A stretch of 41,930 nt of DNA from Halocafeteria seosinensis (taxonomy: Eukaryota): assembly GCA_001687465.1 (NCBI GenBank), contig LVLI01000063.1, positions 62,001-103,930 of the forward strand, given 5' to 3'. The first letter of the stretch is position 1. Each line of letters begins with the position of its first letter. Under the pieces are notes generated by a model, which saw only the letters and a program-made list of their open reading frames with translations, made no database searches and was not told the origin of the DNA. Shown piece after piece: positions 1 to 10,680 of the stretch. The position numbers were made by a program, and so were the translations under genes.

Positions 1-2
1 CA

Positions 3-1202
3 GAAGAGCGACGCGAAGCAACACTATTGGCCCTAACATGGTCATCCGCGACTTTCGAGGCGACACTGAAAGCCGTCCGCCAAGCTCTTCCTAGTGTACA
101 CTTGTCCTGTAGTGAGCCGAAGACCGCGACCCTGTTCAGCAACAGCACAAGTCAGGTCCGTGCGCTCCTCCAACGCGCGGGACTCGAGTGCCCCGATTGG
201 CAGGTCGAAGGTATTATCCGGTTTTCGGCCATCCCCCATCGTGGCCAGAATATCGAGCAGGTTATTGCTTCCGAGATAATTCCAGGGGTTTGTCAGGACG
301 TACGTCAGCGAATGGACGACGATGGCATGACCTTGGCCGACGCTCTCGCTGTCGATGGCACGGTGACGCAGGAGGTCCGGAACGAACTGCTTGCACTGCT
401 ACACGATGGCGAGCCATGCATTGTTCACGCCCCGGCGACGTACTGGCTGCGGCTCATCTTAATGCGACGTCTCCGAGGTCGGCAGGTGCCAGACTGGACA
501 AACGACGTGGGGGACGAATGGGGGGATATGAACTTTAGTGTGGGCAAAAAGAACAAGCGTGTCCCATGTCAAGGGGTTTGGTGTCATTACGCCGGAGAGC
601 GAATGGATAACGAAGGCGAACGTGATCATGAGCTGCAATCGATACTCGCGGCGAAAGAGGTAGAGATTGGAAACGCAGATCACGTGTTCGTGTACCACGG
701 TACTATGGCTAAGCACGTACCCTCTGTTCTCCGCACAGTCCATATTGACGAGAATAGAGAATGGTGGGATTTCGGGCGTGGCTTCTACACCAATTATGAC
801 TCTGAGGCGGCCGCGCAGTGGGCTTATAGCGGATCTACTGTTGGAGGAGGGATCCCTGCAGTGATGGGTTTCGCCATTCCACGAGAAGAGTGGGACCGTT
901 TCGATAGGCTGGACTTCAGCCTGGAGCCGCACAGACGCGACTGGTTCAACACGGTGAGTGACTGTCGCGATTCTTGCCCTCCCGAGTATCTGAAGAGCTA
1001 CGACGTCGTCGAAGGGCCGATGTGGGGCAATCCAGATTCTTCGGAGGACGCCGCACCTCGAGTTTCGCACCAGGTGGCCTTCAGGGTGGCACGGGTCCTA
1101 AACACGGCACAAAAGTTCTTCGTTCTGCTCGATAGGGAAAGCAACGACATAAAGCAAAAAAGTGGTCAAGTGAAATTTAATGTGTATTGTCCATCGCAAT
1201 GA
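3..1202 (+). CDS. DUF3990-like (ADP-ribosyltransferase/PARP-like fold) domain protein, 5'-truncated by the window edge
   Basis: The frame is open back to position 3. The C-terminal half has VYHGT, WDFGRGFYT, AAQWA, YDVVEGPM and HQVAF, in the motif order typical of DUF3990. No intron is seen, and the sequence is visibly more GC-rich than the DNA after ~1135. Confidence 0.7.
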   Translation, partial: EERREATLLALTWSSATFEATLKAVRQALPSVHLSCSEPKTATLFSNSTSQVRALLQRAGLECPDWQVEGIIRFSAIPHRGQNIEQVIASEIIPGVCQDVRQRMDDDGMTLADALAVDGTVTQEVRNELLALLHDGEPCIVHAPATYWLRLILMRRLRGRQVPDWTNDVGDEWGDMNFSVGKKNKRVPCQGVWCHYAGERMDNEGERDHELQSILAAKEVEIGNADHVFVYHGTMAKHVPSVLRTVHIDENREWWDFGRGFYTNYDSEAAAQWAYSGSTVGGGIPAVMGFAIPREEWDRFDRLDFSLEPHRRDWFNTVSDCRDSCPPEYLKSYDVVEGPMWGNPDSSEDAAPRVSHQVAFRVARVLNTAQKFFVLLDRESNDIKQKSGQVKFNVYCPSQ

Positions 1203-2541
1203 TATTATCTCCATCGCGGAACCAGGTTTTCGGTATATGCCTGTCAGTATTGAGTTTGAGGTACTCAAGTACATTGTGTGCATTGGTATTGCTCCTACCG
1301 GAAGACGTGTACAGTTGGACGGAAAAGTTGACCCAAAAATTCTTCGGAGGGTTCTTATTGTACCAGTCAATGGTATTTGCCTTGAAGCTGACAAAGGAAG
1401 TCGAACCCAATACAACTTTTGCTCCTGGGAAACCAGGGAAACTGTGCGAGCATACGGTATACGTTTCGAGTTGGTAGCAAACATGGACAATGGCTGCGCA
1501 ATTCCATATCAAGCAACGTTTCATGTGTTAAGTTGAACCGGAGCACATCGCGATCCAATACGAGAGGCGGGCAAACGAGTGGCTAGGAGAGCTCTCTCAG
1601 CTCCAAAATAGGTGTGTGCTCCGGGAGGTTCCTTTGGTAGCAAGTCCATAATACGACAGAGGTTGCTAATACTGATAAACCAAAAACATTGCCACGATAC
1701 ACCTTCGACGGCCATTAATTGACTTCATATTTGTTTATGTGACTTGTAATGCGCACTCAGAACACACCCTTTTCGGGGTTGTTTTCCTTTCTTGAGCTGC
1801 GTACAGGCCGCTACTTCCGGTAAGATCAACTCCAGAACTAGAAAGAGACAAATGACTACTTTTCTTAAGCTGTATCTGTGTATGAACTGGGTAGACACTT
1901 TATGAGTCCCGCTGGAGTGCCAGTGTGGTGGTGTGTGGGAGAAGGTATTGACCCTTATTGGCAAGTAAGTTATTGCTCTTCCAATTGGACCGCTACCATG
2001 CCTGGGTATATAATGTGTACATTAAGGCAGTGGTTCTCACTATTGAGATACACGCAACTGCTTTCCGCACTATTCGTCGTGCGATGCAAACCGTTTACAA
2101 AGAATAGCACTGAGAAATATCTGTGTAGCAACGATAATATGAAGCTATGCTTTCTATCTATTGTAGAAGCTATACGAAGAAATTCTAGCGTGTGAATTTT
2201 GGCAACTACAGTTCGAATCGTAAGAAGCAACTTCCTGTTCCACACCTCAATTGCATCGCACTACAACGTCTACAGCCACTAATCCACTTGTTAGAATTTA
2301 GTTTGCAGTTGCTCCGACGGTATGCCGCGGAATCTGTTGCGCAAAGCTATCAGAATTTAATGCTTTATAAAGGGTACGGATGTCGTCCGAGTGCTGAAAA
2401 ACAAAGCCCGTCTAGCTGGGGTAACTGAAAATCTGGTTTATACAACAATATTCCATACTTTCTACGTTAGACCGCCAAAGCCGGGTAGCTAATTTGCTGC
2501 TATCAATGATGCAACCACGGATCAAGTTGCCATCAACTGCG

Positions 2542-4398
2542 TCACTTTGTTCGGTCCATGAGTTCACATGCGAGAGCGGCTAAAGCTGTCCTGTACTTTG
2601 ACGGATGCAGTTCAGCAATCGCGTCAAGAGCTTGCTGTGTATGTGCAAATGCTAGTTTTCGCGTCCTTTCAACCCCATCAGACTTTTCAACGAGCTGTGC
2701 TCCCTTTTCTACATCCCCAGGGGCTTCAAATTTCCGTTCAATCAACTTTAGTACAGCAGGGTATTCCTCAGAAGCAAATAACACTGGCGCAGTCGCGATG
2801 CCTTGCTTCATATCATTCAAAGAAGGCTTGCCTAAATAGCTCGATTGGCCAGTAAAATCTAGCATATCATCCACTAACTGAAACGCAAGTCCGATATGTT
2901 GTCCATAGCGGTAGCCAACATCAGCGACATGGTCAGAGTGTTCACCAAGTAACGCAGCACTCTTGCAGCTGTTGGCCATTAACGACCCAGTTTTATAAAA
3001 GGTTTTTCTCAAATAGATTTCAAAGGCAGAATCCACTGCCTTGGTATTCCGCAAAGCATTTTTCAATTGCATAACTTCCCCTTTCACGAGATGTTCAATG
3101 ACGGTCGACAAAAGCTCAATTACAGGGATATTTCTTAATCTAGCGACACATACGGACGCACGAGCCAATAGAAAATCACCCGCGAGGATAGCTAGTTTGT
3201 TTCCAAAAACTGAATTTACACTGGAGACACCTCTTCGTGTGTCCGCAACATCTATGACATCGTCATGTAAGAGTGACGCAGTATGTAATAGTTCGGTGAT
3301 CTCGGCCAGACGAATTTGACTCTTGAATAAAGTGTCTTCGTCCAACAGTCGCTCTCCCACTCCATTGACAGGTTTGTCATCTTTGCCTAAAATACCCGTT
3401 TTTTCTTCTTCAACTTTTCTATGATAATTCATTGCCTGGCTCATTAATACAACCATCGTTGGGCGAAGTTTCTTCCCTCCATCTATCTTGAAAAAGTAAT
3501 GAGAAACAGTGGACAGAACAGGGTGATCAACTCCTAACAACCCCTGGATATTTTCCGATATATTAGATATTTCACCTTCGGTGAGCTTAAAGGGATCAAC
3601 TTCCGACAAGTCCGGGAATGCCCCCAAATCTAGAGTATCGACACTGCAAGAAGCAGACACGTATGTTCATGTACTGAACGATGCCGACGATAGAAACACT
3701 ACTTACGGATTCAGATGGTTTAGCAAAAAATCATCTACTGACAATGGGCTAGGGATATCCAGAACCGGAGTATCAATCAACGAGGGTTCACCCGTTGAGG
3801 TCCTAGTCTGGGATACTGCTGAGTGATTCACTTCTGAGTGGAATTTATGTGTAGGAGTGGAGCCTTCGCTGTTCTTCGGTGATGAATCTTCATTTGATCC
3901 GAACCGGTAGTGTTCATCGGCTCTCTTTGAAGGGCTAAATTTCAGGGTATCACCCGCTACTCGCTTTATCACGTTCTTTAATAACCGACGCGTGAAGGTG
4001 TGGGTAGCATCAGTCGAAAACGACTTCATCGGCACACCATTTCTCCTCCCTCTAACCATCATGCGTTCACCTGTGGATCTATCACGAAGGGCATCGATGC
4101 CACTAGCTTGCATGCTCGGGATATTCCAGCTGTTGTTATGTATATAACTTCTAACACCACCAGGTGACTCCAAAAGGTTGTGGTACTCCTGACGTGAGAC
4201 CCATTCACTTGGGCTCCTCCTGCGTCGACACGACACATTACTGTCCCTTATCATGTGCGCATGCCATGAAAGGGTAGAATATAGATGCCGTCCTCGCGAC
4301 ATGCTCTCGTTTGGAAAATCATGCAGGGTGTATAAGGCTCTGGAAAGCGCAGCATTACCTAACCGGGACTTCCATCTCGATGGTACACTCCACCTCAT
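2542..4398 (-). CDS. COQ1: Trans-polyprenyl (solanesyl/decaprenyl) diphosphate synthase, COQ1/PDSS1 family; exons 4398-3707, 3643-2542
   Basis: GGKKLRP, FARM LLHDDVID..RRG, GDFLLA, KTFYKT and SARM FQLVDD. A 63-nt GTAAGT..TGCAG intron (3644-3706) joins the two ORFs in frame. ATG at 4398 starts an Arg/Ser-rich transit-peptide-like leader. Confidence 0.92.
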
Positions 4399-5550
4399 TA
4401 TTGCTTGGAATTCTCGTGAGGAAAACCCCCCAAGCACCTCTTCCTACCAGGCAGTAAAACCGCTGTCACTAGTGTGCATTCCCAATGCGGGAGAATCTAC
4501 TGTAAAGCTACAGTGGTGGGATACAGTTGACAAGGTTTGAAACTTCAATCAACAACGAGGGGCCGGCTGACTCCCACCACGTCAGGAATCCGGATCCGGT
4601 ACTTCCAAACTCTGGAAATGGTAACTGGAAGTAAAAGAATTGCAAGAGTACGTGTCAAATACCTGATTGCATTGAGCTTGGGGTTTCCGAACACTGAATA
4701 AAATCTTGCAACCACCAGGGTACGAATGTCTGCTATCTCACTGGTTCTTCAACAGCTTAGTACGATACGAGTAGTACCGAGGCACCTTAGTTCCCAACGA
4801 AACGGAAGCTCGGCAAGCGCATCAACTGTTAAAAGTGGGTTTGCTTCCAGCGAGAAACCGAAGGCTTAGCATTCCCTAGACAACAGGTCACAACTTCAGT
4901 GAGATTTTCAAGTCGACTGACTGGGCCCGCCACGCTGAAATACTGTTGCTTTCGAGTTCCTATATTCTTTGCAATGCCTCATTGGAATGATCTCAGTACG
5001 ATTGTATCACCAAGAAAGCGCCGCTGCAGCGGTTGCTATTTGCCGCGGACCACGAAGTCACAACTTCCCGCTAGTCACCTCGTCATGCATCACACTGCAG
5101 AATTGGGCCCACATACTGTGGTGCACCTTACCATCTCATAGTATTTCATGGTCTATACCACTGTTCAGGTATCAAGGACATTCGGAAGAGATTCTTAGGC
5201 AGCGGGTGAATTGGGCTGCGCCTTCCGGTTGAACCCGTTTGCGAGCCAGTGTGTCAGGTCGCAGCAGAATCCACCACACAGGCTTGTAGACAGTGATTGA
5301 ACTAGTATTGTTACATAAGCTTGACTCTGTTGTAAAGCAATATAGCTGTGAAAAAAAAACTGAGGCAGCAAGTAACAAGAAGCTAATTGCCTAATAGAAT
5401 ATCATTGTCGGAGAAAGATTGCGAGCATACTTTCTCAGCGACCTCAACCGGAATTGCGCGAAATAAGTACAGGTTCAACGCAACCAGAGCGACAACGTAT
5501 TTCCTCGAGAGTGATTCTCAGACGTAGAACGAAAAAACCAAACATCGAAA

Positions 5551-7149
5551 ATGGAGTCGAGCGACCCTCTAGGCGAAGTATTTAAAGCCTTTTGCTCCTT
5601 TGGAGATAGAGGTAAGTTGAACTGGTTTCGGAGTACAGCAAAAGCAGCTGCGGTCTGCCTATTTTCTATGTTTATGTACGGGTTCGCGGGTAAAGAGAAA
5701 TGCGAGTAAAGCGTGAGTATGGCCCCTGTTTGTGCGGATGGGAGCACTGGATGGGAGTACGATACCGCGCTGTACCGCACTGTCTCTTGGATAGTCAGCA
5801 AGATCCGTTGGCTCACGCTGGACATATGAGCCTTCATAATTGCCATTCAATTCATGCAGGTGCGAAGGCGCAGATGGACGGTGCAAAGTTCGCAAAGCTA
5901 TGCAAGGATTGCAAGCTTGTTGACAAGAAAGCTACGCCAACCCAAGTAGACCTCGTCTTCACCAAGGTATGGTAAATGCGGAGGTAGTGCTGCTGTATCA
6001 ACCGCACCGTAGAAAGTGATATGTTGCAGTCGAAAGAGAAGGCGGCACGTAAAATCACATATGACCAGTTTGTTGATGCTTTGAAGAAATTAGCTACTAT
6101 AAAGTATCCCGACGACGACCCGGAGGATGCCTTTAACACTGTCCGAGAGCAAGTTTTAAATTCCCAAGGCCCTGCCGCGCATGGGACAGAAACAAAAGCT
6201 GATGGTATATACAGCAAGCTAACCGACACGAAGCAATATACGGGGGCCCACAAGGAGCGGTTTGATGAATCGGGCCGAGGAAAGGGCATAACAGGGAGAG
6301 AGGACGTTGTTTCCAACGGACTCTCTGACATGACCCGTGACAAGCTCAACGTGAGTGAAAACCGTAACCGAAGGGGGTCTGATGGAGGCGCTGTTGCCGT
6401 CCGAAGGAACAGCTGCGAGAAGGCAGTCCCGTCTGGGAGGAGAGCATCAGCTTCCTCGACAGGTTCGGATACCAGAGAATCGTTGGCAGTGCCTACCGAC
6501 TTGAGAACAATTTTCTACGACTTTTGCAACTTCGGTGGAGCGGGGACTCTGCAAGAGATGGACAATCCAAAGTGGGGAAAGTTTTGCAGAGAGTCGGGGA
6601 TTGTGACGAAAAAATACTCTTCGACTGATGCCGATCTGGTCTTCGCCAAAGTGAAACCAAAAGGGAAACGTACACTCAACTATCAAGAATTTCAAAGTGC
6701 TTTGCAAATGGTAGCACGTAAGTTGTATTATTTGTTCCATGTAAAGCTCACTCTTTCCACTGTGTCGGGGATCTTCCATCTTGAAAAATGCAGAACAGAA
6801 GTACCCTAGTGACCCCGAAGGATACGATAAACTCGTGGATTTAGTTGTACGATCAGGAGGACCGAAAACAAAAGGAACTGTAAGTCTGCTCACAGCTTGC
6901 GGCAAGTAGATTTTCCTCTGCTCACTACTTCCTTATTGGTTTTTGGGCCAGGGGGCATCGACTGACGGTATCTACGGGAAACTCACTGACGCCTCCCAAT
7001 ATACCGGAGCACACAAACACCGTTTTGACAGTACCGGGCATGGTCGTGGGCTTGCTGGCCGTGACTCTGTAGGGAAGTCAGGAAATCCAAAGCACCATGG
7101 AGGAAACGTAAACGACCTTTCGCAAGTCACTCGCACAAATCTTGGGTAA
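5551..7149 (+). CDS. TPPP: TPPP/p25alpha family protein with two tandem p25alpha domains; exons 5551-5611, 5860-5966, 6030-6717, 6794-6879, 6952-7149
   Basis: Both halves contain FCxFG, MDxxKF/WxKxC, DLVFxK, and LTDxxQYTGAHKxRFDxxGxGxGxxGR. All four GT-AG introns keep the frame. Confidence 0.9.
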
Positions 7150-7235
7150 ACTGTGTGTGCTATTGGATTTCTTCGCGTTCGATTGCATGTTTTGTTGGTA
7201 GTTAATATGTACAATATACTGTACCCGCTAACTTC

Positions 7236-8282
7236 TTACAGTGGCACTTTCTTATCTGTAGCTTCTGGTGGTTCTCGCTTTTTCATAACCGTCTTCACTA
7301 TAAAAGAGAACCACGTAATGTTCAAACCCATTAAGAACACGTTAATTACCACGTAGGTGATCACGGCAACAACGTTCCGACATTCTCCGGATAGCACATG
7401 AAGATACATATCGCGCACAAATACAAAAGAGGCGGGTAACCCCAAAGCTATTCTTGCTAAGAAAAATGTCAGCCCGAAAGCAGCCTGTAAAAGAGCCGAT
7501 TAATGAGGTGACGGACCAATTATCAAAGCGTTTGTGAGACTTACGCTTGTAAATTTGAAGACTGAAGTCTTCGATTTATCCAAGAAGAGAAATACTTTTC
7601 GTGCATGCAAAAATGGCGTAGAAAGTTCGAAAATTAGGAATATACTTCCGTAATATTGTAGGAACGGATGCTGCGTTTCAGAAAGCCACTCCTTGATACT
7701 GCAATTAGCCGGAAAATTGGACTAGCCAGAACTTACCATTCCCCCCATGAAAATAAGAAGACCGCATACTGCATGCATGATATACGCGAACCCCCAATGG
7801 AGGTAGACGCAAATAACCAAGTCCCACATGAAGTATCCCGCGGCCACTCCGAAAACGTGCTCAGCCACTGCAGAATATCGGGGGACGTGGAGTGGTCCAC
7901 GATTACTTCATCAGATTCTACCACAACTGCACTTACCGGGATTCACGCCATAATAATTTGAGCTGAGATCTGTATCGGCCGTGACCAACACGTAAATTCC
8001 TCCAATCGTAACATATACTGCGTGAATAAACGCGACGAGTCTCGTCGAGAGGTCGTTGAGCGCATCCCCGTGGGTTCTGAATTGTTTAGCCACTTGTTTC
8101 GTCGCCTCAGGGAACCACCTGGGTAAGATAAACCTGCACAGCTGCTGGATGACCGTAAATACGGCGGTCGCGCTTAGTATTAGGGTATAATGCTGGGTGA
8201 AGGCCTGAACCCAAAACTCGGTTAAGTAGATAAGATACTCGAAAGCTGCAGACTCAGCTATGGAGGAGGCTAACGACGTCAT
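7236..8282 (-). CDS. TLC (TRAM/LAG1/CLN8) domain membrane protein, TMEM56/TLCD4-like; exons 8282-7937, 7867-7737, 7670-7545, 7484-7236
   Basis: The spliced product has VAFIHA, GYFMWDL, YIMHA, FELSTPFL, FFLARI and LNITWF, plus multiple hydrophobic helices. Three canonical introns. Confidence 0.85.
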
Positions 8283-9210
8283 TGTAGCAGATATTGGTAC
8301 AACCAGTGGTAGTTGGGTTACATCAAGCAAACAACGCAAATAAGGCACTTTTGTCGGCACGCTGTGCGAGCAAAAAGTTACCAGAACCCTCGAAAGGCAC
8401 TTCACAAATTGTATCACAATCTTCGCCAAGATTATCTCGCTAAACCAAGCAAGCAACAATAATAAACCAAGCGCTGCATCTTTCCCTCCGAAATTACCGA
8501 AAAAAAAGATTGAGGGAGCAAAGACGGAATTCTCAAGGAGTTCAATCAGCTGAATGCCAAACTCAGAGCCAAGCATCAACATCTGTGCAACTGTTTCTAA
8601 AAGTAGTGAAGTTACTGTGACCAGTTCATAACCAGATGGCGGATACTTTCAAGCTTCACATGCCGTTTCGATGCTCATCCTGTCTAGATGATTTTGGAAT
8701 TCATTTTCCTGGTTAATCAACGGCCACCATGTGTTTGCTGCACTGTTAAGTTACGTCGTTAACTCATTGGCCTAAACATACTACATTGTACTTCTAATAC
8801 GGTTACAACGATTGAAAGGAAGCATAAAGGAGTGCAACTACGATTGTAGAGTGTGAAACGACTCTTGGACAATGTCATTCCTGTTGTACCTTACCCTATT
8901 CAAAGTGGGCCAAAGGCAGAGAACCTCTTTCTGGCAGGATATATTGAACAGAGAGCGTGCTGGATAGTGTGGTGCACGTAGGTACACATCCAGTAGCGGC
9001 ACATGGCGTCTGGAAACAGGCCATTGTACGGCTTCCATAATTCCCTAAAGAGTTTTGATACAACAAACTCCGTGTCGTGATACAACCAAAACCCCATCAG
9101 GAGACATCAATGCTGCATGGCGTTGTCTTACTGTGAGACGTCTGGGGAGTTATATGTAGCATTTGGCATCTCAACTAGTACTGGTCAATGCTTATAGCCC
9201 CTTTACACCG

Positions 9211-9307
9211 CCAATTCGCATCGCTGTTCGTATTTCCGGTGAAGTCTTCATCAAACGAACCAATTCGCATCGGTGTTCGTCTTACCAGCGAAGTCTTAAC
9301 AACGAAC
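9211..9307. repeat. Diverged ~49-bp tandem duplication
   Basis: ccaattcgcatcg(c/g)tgttcgt...gaagtctt...aacgaa starts at both 9211 and 9260. Confidence 0.75.
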
Positions 9308-9447
9308 CTGAAAACGTTTAGAGTCGTAGATTTGCATACTCAGGCACGCAGTGCCGTACATTCCGTCTTCCGTTGCGCCGCCCACAGCGTGTCATCCACA
9401 CGTTGGGCCACAACCTGCAGCCGGCTCGAAATCAGTCAACTGAACCA

Positions 9448-10161
9448 CTAACGCCAAGGATTGAGTAACCCTCCAGGGGCATTGGCGTCTCTATTTTCCT
9501 CCCCAACCTCAATGGCTTCGTCCGAAGCTAGCCGCTTCCGAGCCTGAGCCGTGTCCGTTCGAAAGTCGTGTACTCTCGCCCTATCTCTGTCTCGCTTTTC
9601 TTTGAGTTTAGACCCACGTCCGAAAGCCTTGCAATTAAAAGCACCACCAGATCGAAGTTTCAACATTGCTACATGCGTTGAAGCTGTTTTTGCATCGTCT
9701 GAGTTCTCTCCTATGCCGACTACTCCTGACGGAGCACTCGTTCGTCTGTCGTCTCGCATTTTCTTAGTAAGCGGATTTTCCCCATGAACAACTTTATTGA
9801 ATTTAGTGGACTTCTCTATACCATGTGCATGATCTGTGGAAGAGAACTCCATATGATATTCGGAGGGTGCTGTGCTTTTGCGTTTCCCGACTGTTTCGCC
9901 TAGTTCACAAGAGTCTGGACTTCGGCTCGGTGCAGAGTCATTATCCTCGACAGTGTCTTGCGCCACTGCGTTAGCGATAGCAGCCGCGGTTGCATCGTCA
10001 ATGTTATATTCTTCAAAGGACTGTGTGTCGGAGTTTAAGGACGAAGCAAGATAGTTGGCTGCTGCAATCTCCCCTGAGATTGTCCATGAAGTTGCTGTTT
10101 CCTGCTCGTTCCCGACACTCATAGAAACGTCATCCTCATCTCCTTTCCCATGGTTGTTCAT
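9448..10161 (-). CDS. Hypothetical protein (acidic, low-complexity N-terminus; basic/helical C-terminus); 3' end may be spliced
   Basis: Long ORF with ATG at 10161 (MNNHGK) and protein-like composition. No recognisable domain. Confidence 0.5.
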   Translation of the reverse strand: MNNHGKGDEDDVSMSVGNEQETATSWTISGEIAAANYLASSLNSDTQSFEEYNIDDATAAAIANAVAQDTVEDNDSAPSRSPDSCELGETVGKRKSTAPSEYHMEFSSTDHAHGIEKSTKFNKVVHGENPLTKKMRDDRRTSAPSGVVGIGENSDDAKTASTHVAMLKLRSGGAFNCKAFGRGSKLKEKRDRDRARVHDFRTDTAQARKRLASDEAIEVGEENRDANAPGGLLNPWR

Positions 10162-10680
10162 TGTTATTCCGAGGGAATGAAGCGCCGCTGTCACCCCTCC
10201 ATACACTCTAATACACGTAGTTAAACGTGTAGCACATTCCACAAATCTAGGAAGTTAGGCCAACTGCAGCATCCATACCATACAACACGCAGTCGCTTAC
10301 GATACTGAGGATAGCGGTATAGAATAGAGTGGGTTAAGCGCAATACCGTTATACCCACGGAATCTTACAACTCTGAAACACGATTATCTAATTTCTACCA
10401 TGTACCGCCAGCCAGACACAATTTAAGTTCAAGTTGAACTCTTAGCCTGTCGGCCAACTTGAGTCTTGGGCTAGGAACTGAGGCTCCCTTGGAATTTCTG
10501 AAACTTGATGCCTCGTCCGTATTGGGTATGTTCTAAGTGAAGACAATTCTGGAACAAGGATGTCCATTTTTAAGCTTGGAAATGTCTGGACAAATGCTTC
10601 TGAGAGCCACCAACTGTCATTGGAGACCATGGGAGACGGGCGCTCAGTACGTTGCCAAGTGTGCCTTTTTGAACGTAGTG

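Noticed and set aside
1098..2430. Several overlapping 60-130 aa ORFs
   Set aside because: No recognisable motif or consistent splice model. Possibly decayed sequence.
4440..5500. Possible small gene between COQ1 and TPPP
   Set aside because: Splice-like signals exist, but every frame I tried hits stops.
8283..8582. 100-aa N-terminal extension of the TLC ORF
   Set aside because: It does not resemble the family. ATG 8282 gives a normal-sized TLC protein.
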